Below, piece by piece: positions 17,996-33,298 of a stretch of DNA of 64,000 nucleotides. Position 1 is the first letter of the stretch; the number at the start of each line of letters is the position of its first letter. The stretch lies in NCBI RefSeq assembly GCF_009914755.1, contig NC_060927.1; one strand, 5' to 3'. The stretch comes from the human T2T-CHM13v2.0 reference genome, Homo sapiens. The translations under genes were made by a program, and so were the position numbers. Under the pieces are notes generated by a model, which ran no database searches, had not been told where the DNA came from, and was given only the letters and a program-made list of their open reading frames with translations.

Positions 17996-19136
17996 CTGTA
18001 GGAAATTTAGAGAGAAAGAGCGTTAACAGAAGGGAATTTGTAGCAAAGCAAGGAGCTTTTTTGCAGCTGTGGCCAGCCTATATTTTTGTTGGGCTTGCCA
18101 GGGATTTCAATCTAATATCAAACTTCTTCCTCCTTCAATCTTAATGTGGATTATAAATTCTAGTCACATAGAAATTGGGAGGTTCCTGCATCATTGTGAC
18201 ATTGGGAACTGTTGGGAGTCCCTTGTCTTTTTATACCTTGTCAGCTGCTTATGCCACATGTGTCACACTTAGAATGGTAGCACAAGGGATGGCCCACTCA
18301 GATAGCAATGGTTTCTCCTGGGCAGAACTTCTGCCCTGAATCTGTTCCTCCCGTCTTGTGCTGGTGAACTTAAGTGGACAATCCAGAAGGAAACCGAAAT
18401 AAACGTATCTATTTCTTTAGGCCTAAATCTCAGAAGTTCTTGCCATTCCTTTTGGACTCTTTGGGTCCCCCCTTGATCTTTCTCAGCTCTCCAGAGTCAA
18501 AGGCACATCCAAGCAGATGGCGTCTCTAGCCAAAAATAATAGAGGCACAAAGTTGGCAAAGGAGCCTAGATTTAAAGATCCTCAGATCCTTGAATCTTTC
18601 ACACTCAAAGGTTTTGAATGAAAAATGAACCTTCCAAAATGATATTCATTTACACTTTTAGCCTATCTCCACGATTGGTGCAAAATTGGGCTTTTCCAGA
18701 GCGTAAACCAGTTATATTTATTGATGAGTAGCAAGCAGTAACATCATAATAATCCCCTCACTTGTAGGCAGAACATGACAATCATTTATAAAACATGAGT
18801 CCAAGAATGTCAAGAAGGCAACTACCCAGAAGAAACTAAACCAACCAACCAACCCCAAACCCCCAAACAAACTTTTTATCTATTAACTGATGTCTGAAAT
18901 ATTTTTAGACAAATTTACGGGATAAAGCCTCTGACAAAAATAAAGGTGAGTATTTCTTGAGGACATACAATAGACCAGACATTTTGCATCATTTTGTGGG
19001 TTAAGATTTGTCTCATCTTTGCATATGAAGAAACTGAAGCTTGACTAGGTTAAGTAATTAGCTCAAAACATGCATCTAGGTGAAGAGGAGCTGTGATTCC
19101 AACCTAGATATTTACACTATAAGACCCATGCACAGA

Positions 19137-19398
<262 letters not shown>

Positions 19399-19580
19399 AC
19401 CCATGCACAGTATTACATAGCAACATATCGACACATGTTCTGCCTATATATAAATTAGATGTAACATATATGGTTAAACTATATGAAACTGACATTTGTG
19501 TAAGTAAAATATGGTCAAATATTGGCAATCTCCTGTGGTTTAATTTAATGTAAATGCCACTAGGAGCACCTAGTGATTCA

Positions 19581-20098
<518 letters not shown>

Positions 20099-20292
20099 TT
20101 ATGTCGTGGCAATAATTGAGCTGTTTGTCTGTAATCTTGCATCTGAAAACAGTCAATCTGAGATCTGATTAATACTGAGCATTTTGTAGATAGCCATATA
20201 AACATTTCAGATAAAATTCTTTAAAAAATAAGTTACTTGGCACAATCCTTCCATTATTTTCCCTTAAGTCACTTATTTGTTGTTTCTCTTAC

Positions 20293-20397
20293 TTGGAGAA
20301 GACAATGTGTTGCTTCTTCCTCTGGTCCCAGTTATGTGAGCTGCTACTCTCTGAGGACCTCTTTCTCTCACTAGGGGAGAAATATTTTGTTGCTTTT
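20293..20397 (-). CDS. TNFSF10: TRAIL coding exon 4, 105 nt
   Basis: AG acceptor 20399-20398; (E)KQQNISPLVRERGPQRVAAHITGTRGRSNTLSSP; GTAAG donor at 20292. Confidence 0.98.
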
Positions 20398-20694
20398 CTA
20401 AAAGAGAAATGATAAAGGGTCATCAACACTTGCCAAACTAGTTCTCCAATACCTTGCTCTTCATAGGTGTTGTCAATCAGCCATCGTAAGCATACTGGGC
20501 TTCCAAAGTTGATTCTATGAGTTTTCATAAAAATAACATTTTGATATTATGATCAACCTACCTCAGCTTATGATCAACTTGAAAAGTACTTTACACGGAA
20601 AGAATAAGCAGTAACATGGATTATAATTTATTAGTGTCTCACGGGTAGGGTCCAAAGAGAAACAAAGTGAAGATACAACAAAGTGAAGATTCTA

Positions 20695-21076
<382 letters not shown>

Positions 21077-21288
21077 TGTAACAAATGACTTTCTCTAAAA
21101 GAATCAGTTCAAACTTCCCAAGTGTGCTTACATTGGTTGTAAGTAAATTATATTCTTTCATCAAACAGACAGTGCTAGGGTAAGGCACTACACCCCAGAG
21201 GGCTACAAATATTAATCACTGATTTCACTGACCATGTCCTCAAGGGACTTACAGCCTTCTACAGAAAATATGAATTAGAAAGTGACAA

Positions 21289-21530
<242 letters not shown>

Positions 21531-22692
21531 TCAAGGATATGGATAGGAAAGCCTAGATTTGAAAGCAAATTTTTAAAAGAGGAAATTTCCAACTGGTTAT
21601 AGCAAACACCTCCCAAAAAAGAAACCTGCAAATATGTATATCGAGGTACCATGGATATATCTTGGTATACAGAGTTGTGTTTCACCTTACTGGGATGAAT
21701 AACAAAGAATTTTATTCTTCCAACACTGAAAACAGTACATGCATCTATCTGCTGTAGACCATTAATCTGGTATGCCTCATCTGAATAGGTGGAGTGTTCA
21801 ACATTCTCACTACTGCTTTCACCTTTGGAGAAATGATAAGAAAGAAGGCTTAGACCCCAGGAACAGGTCCTGTCCTTTATATTTAAGAAAACATATTTAA
21901 TAAAGGAAAATGGGGGTGCCAAGTGATGAAGAAGTTTATTGCATTGGAAAAGAATAACAGATTTAAAAAAATAACTGAAAGGAAATGAACAAGGTACATG
22001 TGATAAAAATAACAGAGTGCAGGGAATTTACTTAGAAAGGTGTCCAGGGAAGCCCTCTCTGAAGAGGTGACAATTACGTGAGCTGTAAAGTACGATGGAG
22101 TGCCAGATGGAAAGCTAAAGAAGCCAGCCTGGGCAACAGTAGTGCACAGAGAGGTGGGTCGAGAGAAGGCTGCTGACCATGAACAAGAGGGTGGTGTGGC
22201 CACAGGTGGAGACCGCAGGATGAGGATCGTGGGTGGGTAGAAAGATTGTTGGGAAAAGGATGATGGAGGAGGAGGCTTTTGTAAAGAAAGACCTGGAGCC
22301 CAGTGGTGGCCTGAAACAAAGAAGGGTAACTTTAAGGGACTTCATTTATTTCTCTCAATTTCCCAGAAACGATTTAAGATGGCTTCTTTGTAACACATTA
22401 GAAGGTAGAAACTAATAAGTGAAGAAATTAAGGTGAAAGGAAAATTCATGGGGAAGAATAAAATTAAGTTGAAATAAAGTTCTGACCATAGATGGGCCAC
22501 AGATTTGGTTCTGAGCTTCCTAGCTGCCAATGTAAAGAGGGAAGTAGAATCAACAAGTGGCTTGAGATACGGAGCAGCAGATCAGAGGATGGATGAGTGG
22601 ATGAGAACACAGAGAAGGAGAATGGAGAACTATTCACAACCTGTCATGAAGATGACAGTAAAAAATTAAAATAACAACAAAAAAGATACTAC

Positions 22693-22735
22693 CTTGAACT
22701 GTAGAAATGGTTTCCTCAGAGGTTCTCAAAATCAT
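22693..22735 (-). CDS. TNFSF10: TRAIL coding exon 3, 43 nt
   Basis: AG acceptor 22737-22736; MILRTSEETISTVQ+G; GT donor 22692-22691. Confidence 0.98.
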
Positions 22736-23899
22736 CTGCAAATATTATTGAATAAAGCTTGTTAATTTCCCTAAAAATTTAAACTGACTATAGAATGCCT
22801 ATGGCTCATCTTGCTGATGTCTAACAGGAAATTTCTACATGCATTATCAATCTGGGAAGTTTTAAGTTGGTCAAGCATAGGGTCTGTAAGGGGTGGGGTG
22901 GGAGCTGGGATAAATATTGAGATAGCTGTCCCAGCACAGCAATCAAGGGATGGTCCCCTGCCTGGGAAGTTCTGTTGCTGGATGAAGTCTTGGAAAGGCC
23001 ACACCTGGAGCAGTGCAGGAGGAAGAAGCCATCCGCCATGTGATGTCAGCCAAATGTGGCTGATGGGTGTGGCAGCCATGTCATGTCACTTTCTGTGTGT
23101 GGGGTGTATGTATGTGCACATTCATGTGTGTGTGTGTATAAGTGCACTGGGTAGCAGAGCCCAGGGGCTTAAAATTATTGGACAGACCCAAGCCTCAAGA
23201 TGCAGGGCACACTTCCTCTCTCTCAGGATGCCCACAGACATACATAGCCTATCGAGGTATAACCTGACAACACCGTGTCATTCTTTCACTTCTGAGAATG
23301 TGGCTGAGCCATTCTCAACATAAAGATATTTTACCATCTTCCCATATCTTTGCTAAATATCTAGTAACCTCCCCCAGCCTTTGTACTAACCAGTGGGGAA
23401 AACCAGTAAGAAAGAGTGAAAACCAAACCTCTCTATTAAATGGGAAGACCCTGACTTGGCTCATCCATGGCTTCTGAATTCAGCTCTGTCCCTCCTGCCA
23501 CCTTCTCCCATCACTGCCCTCTTTCTCAGTCACTGTAGTTAATGTTGCAACTGTCAGAAACTTGCCTTCTCTGTACTTCCAGCCCAAAGCAGAAGCTCTC
23601 TGCTTCTCCCTCCACCGCAAGCCCTGATGCCGGATAATGGGGGCAGGGAGTGGTGGCGGTGGACTGACTGTAATCAGTTCCCTGGGCACTGACTTACGGG
23701 AAGGGGAAGTGAGAGGAAACCACAGCATTCTCTCTTATCTCTGCCTCTCATTTCTCTCTGTGTGTCTCTCTTTCCCACTCTTACTCTCTTTCTCTTATTC
23801 TGCAACAGAAAGGAAGGAAAGAAGGGGAAGCAACAGGAAAAAGAAAAGGGTCTTTCCTACAATGTGGGAGGCAAAATAAAAAGAGTGACTAGAAGCATG

Positions 23900-24110
23900 G
23901 CCAGATGCCCTGCATTCAAATGTTTCAGTTACTGGCTCTGTGAGACTGTTCAAGTTATTTAACTGATCTAAACTTCAATTTATTAATCTATTTTTAAAAT
24001 ATATTTAAGAGGATAATAACGATTTATTATTCAGAGCTGTCGTGAGGATTAAATGAGATAATGTATGAAATGGGCATAGGATATTTACTGGAATAAATCT
24101 GTTCAACTAA
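23900..24110 (-). mobile_element. MIR (intron 2)
   Basis: ttactggctctgtgagactgttcaagttatttaac...gtgaggattaaatgagataatgta. Confidence 0.7.
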
Positions 24111-24887
24111 TGTGCCTGAAAAGAAAAAGAGAATTATTTTTCCCACATTCTCACCTATTCCCTCTGTGTTCTCTCCCAGCTTCCCGCTATTCTAGTTGGT
24201 AGCAGGATGTGAGAATGGGAGGGAGAATGGCAGGAATAGCAGGAAAGAGAAATGTCCTCACTATTTCTCTTATCTCCCCACTCCCTGTCCACAGCACCCA
24301 GCCCTCTCCTCAGTCTCCAGATTTCCACCCTAGTTCTCAGTCTCTCTGCCCTGCTGGACAATCGCACCTCCACCCTCCCCAAGCCCCTATCCCGGGAACT
24401 TGGGAGTTTCATTTCTCAGCTTCCTCAGGACCTTTCTCCAGCCCAGGCTTTTCCTAGTCTCCTGGTCCTTGCCCCCTGAACACTTGCTGTCATTTGCAGT
24501 GGTGGAATCATAGCTGCTTCCGTACAGCTTGTGTGGAGTGGGCCCCCCTGTCTGGAGCAATGCCGCCAGGGCAGCCACAGAACAGGTATGTTTCTAGGAC
24601 TCCTAGAAGGAAGTCTAGTTTCATTTCCCATAGAAATAGCATCTCACATGTGTCAGGGCTCTACTGTGAAAACAGCTCAGGATTATCAGCTTGATCCCTA
24701 ACCACCAACATAACAGTATTTATATGGAGAAACAGATGCAGAACACCAAACAATGGACTTATAAACATGTGTAAAACACATTCTCCTCCTACCCTGGGAA
24801 TTCCCCCAGTTAACGTCTTTAAACAATGGTGGTGTATGTGGTACTTCATAGTTTACAGAGTATTTTTATAGCTGTGTTCTCATCTGA

Positions 24888-25239
<352 letters not shown>

Positions 25240-25936
25240 TAAAGAAGGAAGAGCCTAAGAGAAGAAACTTGATTAGATCTGTCACTCTGCCACATTTAGT
25301 AAAATAAACTGTTAACTAACATGTCTCTGCTGGAGGTCCTGTTTAAGCAACTTCCATAAACAGATACTTTTTGTAATTTGTTATTTATTGGCTGTAAATT
25401 AAGAAAAAACCACCTTCAATTTCTCAAAGTATCTCTTTCTTCCCTTCCCTTCCTTTCCTCTTTCTTTCCTCTTATTTTCCTCTTTCTTTATCTCTATATG
25501 CATACAAAAACAAATATTTAATTCCAGACATCAGCAATGTGGGAAGAATATAAAATATCATTATTTGATCTTCTTTATCTTTTGAATGAAAAACAATGCC
25601 ACACATTCTTTATGACTTTGTGACCTTCTCTTCATTACCCTGTGTGTGCCTCAGTTTCCATAATGTGAGATCAAAAGGTTAGACTAGATGTGGAGGCTGT
25701 CCGGGGCAGAGGAATGAACTCTAGACCAGGAGTCGGCCAGGTCCTGCCCTTTGCTGCTATGCCCCATTTTCCTAGTTCTATGAATTTGGGGAAAATTACT
25801 TAAATACTCTGGGCCTAAGTTTTCTTATTTGTAAAATGAAGAGTCTAGACTTGATTATCTTAAAGATTCCTTTGCTTTAAGGAATTCTTCTGGCCTTCTC
25901 CGCCTGCTGGTGAGGTCACCTGGTGAGGTTACCTAC

Positions 25937-26074
25937 CTTTCTAACGAGCTGACGGAGTTGCCACTTGACTTGCCAGCAGGGGCTGTTCATACTCTCTTCG
26001 TCATTGGGGTCCCAATAACTGTCATCTTCTTTTAAGAAACAAGCAATGCCACTTTTGGAGTACTTGTCCTGCAT
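25937..26074 (-). CDS. TNFSF10: TRAIL coding exon 2, 138 nt
   Basis: AG acceptor 26076-26075; MQDKYSKSGIACFLKEDDSYWDPNDEESMNSPCWQVKWQLRQLVRK; GT donor 25936-25935. Confidence 0.99.
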
Positions 26075-27056
26075 CTGGGTTGAGATGGAATATAACACAA
26101 TATTTTGCATAAGTGCTTTTTATTTTTGTTCATTTGGAAGTTAAGACAACAGAAACTGATAGCAGACTTAAAGAAGTTTTGGCATATTGAGTAAGTTCCT
26201 GTTTGAAATAAAAGTAAGCATGCTCTCCTTTGTCCTTAAAAAAAAAAAAAAAGAATAAAAGTAAGCAGCTGGATATGGTGGAAAGGATGCAGGTGTGCTT
26301 CAGGCATCTGGAGTCACAGTGTCCTTCCCTGCCTCCCTTACTAAACAGCTGTGCTTTTCTTGACAAGTTGCTTCCATTCTCCTGTGTCTGTTTATAGTTT
26401 TGAGCCGGTTCACTATGGTGATTCTGAGGTCTCTTCCAGTTCTGCCATGGTATGTATCCCATTTTGAAGCTGGAAACCTACCTAGATACAAGGTCGGTAG
26501 TGGAGTCAGTTTACATTTTAGGATCCTAAATAAAAAACAGCCAAGTCATTTGGGAGGGGGTCATGTTCTGTTTCTAGCTGTGGCTAGCTAAATAGATTCT
26601 AGTTACTGATCTGATTTCTACTCCTCTGGCTGGCAAAATCTGGACCATGTTGCCACTAGAAATCTGAATGCTGTCTCATTAAATGTTTACACTAACTAGG
26701 GATTTATTGGTAGAGACCTTAAACACTCTTTGAAGGTTTTCTCCCTGTTCTGATTGAAAGTAAACAATGGCAATAGTCAGATCATTATCAACGAGCTCCT
26801 CACCCTCATCAACAAATCCTTGCTTGATGTTATAAACACACACACACACCCACACACACCCCATCCCAAACCACCCAGAACTCTTTAGGCTGATAATTGT
26901 TTAATTGAGAAAAACAGGAAACAGAAGGTCCAAACAAAGCCAGAAGGGTTTTGTTTGTTTGTTTGTTTGCTTTGCTCATTTCTTCTCTTCCGTTTTGTTT
27001 TGTTTTAACAAGTGGGATGGAAGAGACGTTATTTCCCTGAAAAAATCTGCTGAATT

Positions 27057-27372
<316 letters not shown>

Positions 27373-30059
27373 CTAGGGAAATAAATGAGAAAATGACAAT
27401 TTTAATCTGTTATTTGAACTAAGGTACTGCAAAGGTTGAAGGGAGGATCAAATTGAACGATGATTCACTCCTTCCTATAGAAAGACAATATCATTTTAAA
27501 TCAAAATATCTTAACTGTTTATGAGAGGTCCCAGCTAGAATCACACAGTTCTGTACTCAGCCATGTAACCCTTGGACATTTGGCCAAGGTCCCTCAAATG
27601 CAAAGGTGCAAACTTGAGTTAATAAATTTCTTCCACACACCCTGACATAGATCATTCATTTACTTTTAAACAAATGTTTATTTTCTTTCTTCCTCTTTTA
27701 AATTACAAGAGAAAAACATTCCCGTAGTATATGTAGTTGGAGGTGAAGCTGGGGCCTCCTGAGTTGAGATATGACTGGCCATGGACTTAGGTACATTTCC
27801 TTGCCCCTGCCTGCCCCACCTGTAAACATCCAGTTGCACCTCGAATTGACTTGGGAGATGCAAAACCTTTCCAAGGAAGGCACTCAGTCACATATGATTC
27901 AGAAATATGAGAGCATGTCTAGCAAACTGTGGGAAAGGATCAAGAAGGAAGAGACGAGAAACTGGGATCAGCCACAAGGCCCGAGGGTGGTTCCAGGAAG
28001 AGCAAACTTTCCCTGGACACTGTCCCAGTTCACTCAGTATGAGTTGGCTCTGGCCAAGCTTCGGTTTGATTACACTGAACAAGCAGGCTCACAAGTCTCT
28101 GTAACTTGTTGGGGCAAGAAGGTGTGCATGACACAGAAAGGAGGGAGCGGTATGCCTTTTCACTTCACATCAGCTGTAAGCTATCTCAGCAGGAAATGGC
28201 TGAATATGGGAGGCTTCAGCTGTGAGAGGCAAGGTGCAGAGTTGAAAGCTGCCTGTGATCAGGCAGTAATGGCAGCAGGCAACAACTTATCAACTGAGGT
28301 GGAGTTTGACATGGATGGTGGTGGTGGAGCTTGTGCCACAGGGACTAGCCCAGGTTAGCACCAATTGCTGGCTAGAGCCTGTGATCCCTTCTGAGTATTT
28401 TCCAGAAATACTTTCAGGAGGAGGTGGAAGGAACCTGGAAAATTGAGTAAGGTCCTGGGTATAAGTGGATGGGAGGTTAACAAGTTAATGTAGCTACATT
28501 ATTACCCAGGAGTTTATAAAGCCTGGATACATTCAGGATACACAGGCAAGCAGGGAAGCATGGAAAGTAAAGAACACTTTTCTAAAAGAAAAAAAAAACC
28601 CTCCAAAAACTAAATAAGTAAATCACAAAAACAAAACAAAACAACCACTAATAGCAGCTATATTCTCACCTCCTACTTAACCTTTGGATGATATCTCTTG
28701 TTTACAGGGGTGAGATCAGACTGTGTGTGTGCATAATTTTGAGTATGGTTGTTTTCTCATAAGACTATATAAAAATGCTGTGTTCTTTAAATCTGTATGA
28801 AAATTATACATGGATAGCATGGATATTTTTATAACATTCCCTGTAGAAAATTTGTAAAATATAGAAAAATAAAAAGGAAAAAAAGTACCCATAATCATAC
28901 CATCTAGAGATCACATTGTCATTTTGGTGTTTCTCTTTCTAGACCTTTTTATGCATAAATATTGATTTCTGAACAATAGAAATCCAGAGAGGAAGCCCCA
29001 GTCACTCTCTCCACCCTCACATGTTTCTTGCATCATGAATTTTGGTAGTTTCTCCTATAGAACTTGGCCAATGCTGGTGACTAGACACATGGCGGGTTGA
29101 CGTGAGGTGCTGTGGTTATTCCAAGAATGATAATTAATACGATACGTCTCCCCCGCCTCCTCCCATCCTTTCCACTTCAAAATATGAGTTTCCTGCAGCA
29201 TATCATAGGCTGAGGCTATATTCTCTAACTAACCACACTTGGGCATTGGGGGCAGAAGGTAGCGTGTGGGGATTATTTTCATTTGCGTGCCTCTGAAAAG
29301 AAAGCTCTTGCACTGGGTGCCTGTTCTTCAGCTCCAGAAGCCCTTGGTTCTGAAAAGTGGATTTCCATGGTGACTGCTCTTGGTGCTGTTACAAACACGG
29401 TGGTTGTCTAGGCCAGGGTCAACCAGTCCTTGATGGGGCTTGAGGTCAGCAGGGTAGACTCAGCAAGGTAGACTTCAAGATGGCAGCAATGACCCTGTCT
29501 GCTGCCCAGACATTAGTCTCTGGCAATCATTTTCTGCAAACTGCAAATAGCATAAAGGATCATTTATGGAGATCCGTGGAGAGGAAGCCCTTCTCCTTTT
29601 TCCTCCCCATCTATGATGTCACAGTGACAGGCCATTCCTTTATCATAAAACTTTCTCAGAGGGACACAGATTTCAGGGGCTAAGCCCATATTTGTTGTTC
29701 ATGTTTGCTGGTCTACAGGCTATTGGTGAAGGTCCAATCCAATGTTATGAAGCCTTCCTTAACCCTTACACCCTATAATCCTTGCAGAGTGTATCTTCTG
29801 CAAATGTTCACCAGACAAAGTGGAGCCTGTATTCAATTTTAAGAAATTAATACTTATGTTGAATATACTTTTCCAAAGTCTACACAGAAGATTCAAACTT
29901 ATTTTCCCTTTGGAAAATTTCTGATGAAGAAAGTGACACCTTCAGGAGACTTTTCAGCAGTAATTAGAACGCTACTATAAAAATAGCATTGTATTGTATT
30001 GAAAAAATGTATTGTAAAAAAAAGTAGGTGCTTCAATTTATTGAGTACCTCCTTCATGC

Positions 30060-30250
30060 CTGGGTTCAAAATCAGGTTTTACCTTTTACTAGTTTTGTAA
30101 TCTTGAACAAATCTCTTAACTTCGCCTGAGCTTTAGTTTGTTCATCTGTAATATGGGGTAATTATACTTACATAATAGAATTGTTATGAGAATTGAAACC
30201 AGGCAATACTTTTCAAAGTTGCTGGTACACAGTAATTGCTCAATATCTGT
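30060..30250 (-). mobile_element. MIR (intron 1)
   Basis: tgggttcaaa...ttactagttttgtaatcttgaacaaatc...catctgtaatatgggg. Confidence 0.7.
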
Positions 30251-31880
30251 AATTCTCCTAGCTTTCTAGCACTCTCAATGAATTCTTCTGCATGCCTAAT
30301 GTACATGTGTTCATATGTCAATATGCAATTAGGAAAAATGTATGCAAGTGGGAAGATCTTAAGCCTTATATGAAATTTCCATTTTTATAGTAGAATTGAA
30401 AAAGAAATTTGATTATATATACAGACAATTGCATGAGTCAGTTAAGAACTGGTTGATTCAATCTTAAAATTAGTCCAACTTGTAATGTAAGCAAATTGAT
30501 GGAGCTACTTGTGTGTGGAGTAACAGCTTTACTCTGTTTATGCTGCAAAGTTAAGAAAGGTTAGGAAATTCTGGCTCCAAATTGGTGAACATAGCAGTAT
30601 TCCAGTCTCTCGTGTAGACTTAAAGCTAAAGGTATGATTACAGTTTCATTAATATTTTTTTCTTACAAAAGAAAATCTTTTCTAAATGTGTCCTACAATA
30701 AACCTGACTTTACTGGTCATCTAATAGTAGCCATAATTTTCATAATTAGTTGCAAATAAAACAAGAGTCTGCCTCATCCATTTCCAAAAGAAAAATTTCC
30801 GACTGATTGGGATAACCAAACTTACATTCCACAGGATATGCAAACTACATTTCCCTAGCAAATAGTTACTACTCTATGTCTTTTGCACAATTTATACTTT
30901 TCTGAGATCCTTAGCCTTTCATTTCCTAGTCAGCTGGCAGAGTTGGTGCTGCAGGATGCGCTGTGCATGCACAGTGTACATCACAAGGTGTAGATAGGTT
31001 AACCCTGTGGACATCCCACTGTGGAGGGAAGAGCCTACAGACCTGGGTGCTAGCCGCCCCACGGCCAGCCTCCAAAGCCTTGTCTGAACTTGAGTACATT
31101 ATTTCTTGTCTCCTCGTCTGTAAAAAGTGGTTGTGGTGGTGGGGGGAGGATCTGACGTTCCTTGTAGCTCATAATTCTCTACTATTTAATATACAATGAA
31201 TTAAAATATATATTAGAAGTCAAAAACTGAGTTGGTTTATTTTCAGCAATTTTGCAGTCATAGTTCCAGGGGTTTTCATCGAGAAAATCATAAATTAAAA
31301 TAGCACTGTTTGTTTGTTTTGTCTGTCAAAGATACCTCAATTTGTACATGGACCATCCACAGGCAGAGATTGGCAGTTTGCTTTTCAATTGTTTTATCAT
31401 GAACAGCTGTGTCTATCTGATAACTTCTTTATTACAGATTTTACCCATGACATGCCCGTGCCCCAGGAATAGGCAGAATGCCAGTCCTTTGTATTCTCAC
31501 TTATTGTCAACACAGGAATGCCACATAACTAAAAGCAAAACATTTCAAAGATGTGAAAGTTCACCAGGACTAGCTACATCTGGAATACAAAACGGGAGTG
31601 TTCAGTGACTTAGGGCCTGGCTTTGGGTTGAGCCTGACTCTACCCTTGTCGCCTGCATATTCGTGGTGCCTACCACATCTGTGAAGGCTGTTCATTCACG
31701 CAATAAGTATGTAGTGAACCACAAGTATTAGTATTAGTGGCTACTTGGGAACCACATGCTAGACCCAGAGGTATACTGATGAGCAGAAGCAGACACAGCT
31801 CTGATACAGCTACCCTCACCCTCAAGAATTCATGAGTCAAGAACTGTAACTCCAACCTGCAACAACAAAGCAGGGAAGAT

Positions 31881-33298
31881 GGCTACAGTTACCAAAACAG
31901 CATGTTACTGGTATGGAAACAGATATATAGACCAATGGAACAGAACAGAGGCCTCAGAAATAACACCACACATCTACAACCACCTGATCTTTGACAAACC
32001 TGACAAAAACAAGCAATGGGGAAAGGATTCCCTATTTAATAAATGGTGCTGGGAAAACTGGCTAGCCATATGCAGAAAACAGAAACTGGGCCCCTTCCTT
32101 ACAGCTTCTACAAAAATTAACTCAAGATGGATTAAAGACTTAAACGTAAAACCTAAAAGCATAAAAACCCCAGAAGAAAACCTAGGCATACCATTCAAGA
32201 TGGCATGGGCAAAGACTTCATGACTAAAACACCAAAAGCAATTGCAACAAAAGTCAAAATTGACAAATGGGATCTAATTAAACTAAAGAGCTTCTGCACA
32301 GCAGAAGAAACTATCATCAGAGTGAACAGGGAACCTACAGAATGGGAGAAAATTTTTGCAATCTACCCATCTGACAAAGGTCTAATATGCAGAATCTACA
32401 AGGAATTTGTTTCTTGTAAAACAAATTGACAAGAAAAAAACCACATCAAAAAGTGGGCAAAAGATATGAACAGATACTTCTCAAAAGAAGACATTTATGT
32501 GGCCAACAAACATGAAAAAAAGCTCATCATCACTGGTCATTAGAGAAATGCAAATCAAAACCATAATGAGATACCATCTCACTCCAGTTAGAATGGTGGT
32601 CATTAAAAAGTCAGGAAACAACAGATGCTGGAAGGATGTGGAGAAATAGGAATGCTTTTACACTGTTGGTGGGAGTATAAATTAGTTCAACCAGTGTGGA
32701 AGACAGTGTGGCAATTCCTCAAGGAACCAGAAATACCATTTGACTCAGCAATCCCATTACTGGGTATATACCCAAAGGATTATAAATCATTCTACTATAA
32801 AGACACATGCACACATATGTTTATTCCAGCACCATTTACAATAGCAAAGACTTGGAACCAACCCAAATGCTCATCAGTGATAGACTGGATAAAGAAAATG
32901 TGGCACATATACACCATGGAATACTATGCAGCCATTAAAAAGAATGAATTCATGTCCTTTGCAGAGACATGGATGAAGCTGGAAGCCATCATTCTCAGCA
33001 AACTAACACAGGAACAGAAAACCAAACACTGCATGTTCTCACTCATAAGTGGGAGTTGAACAGTGAGAGCACATGGACACAGGGAGGGCAACACACACAC
33101 TGGGGCCTGTCGGGGGTGGGAGGCTAGGGGAGGGAGAGCATTAGAACAAATACCTAATGCCTGTGGGGCTTACAACCTAGATGATGGGTTGATGGGTGCA
33201 GCAAACCACCATGGCACATGTATACCTATGTAACAAACCTGCACGTTCTGTACACGTATCCCAGAACTTAAAGTAAAATAAAAAAATTTAAAAATAAA
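31881..33298 (+). mobile_element. 5'-truncated L1PA (L1PA7/8-like), antisense in intron 1
   Basis: ORF2 C-terminal fragments ([19 protein letters not shown]), 3'UTR, A-rich tail. Confidence 0.95.

Noticed and set aside
22360-22368. Isolated GAS TTCCCAGAA (similar one at 53194-53202) and scattered TGAGTCA sites
   Set aside because: Single short motifs are expected by chance in 64 kb; only clusters were reported.
22811-23323. 170-aa antisense ORF in intron 2
   Set aside because: Non-ATG start, runs through TG-rich low-complexity sequence, no homology recognised.
27771-28358. 195-aa antisense ORF in intron 1
   Set aside because: No recognisable domain or splice/poly(A) support; compatible with chance.
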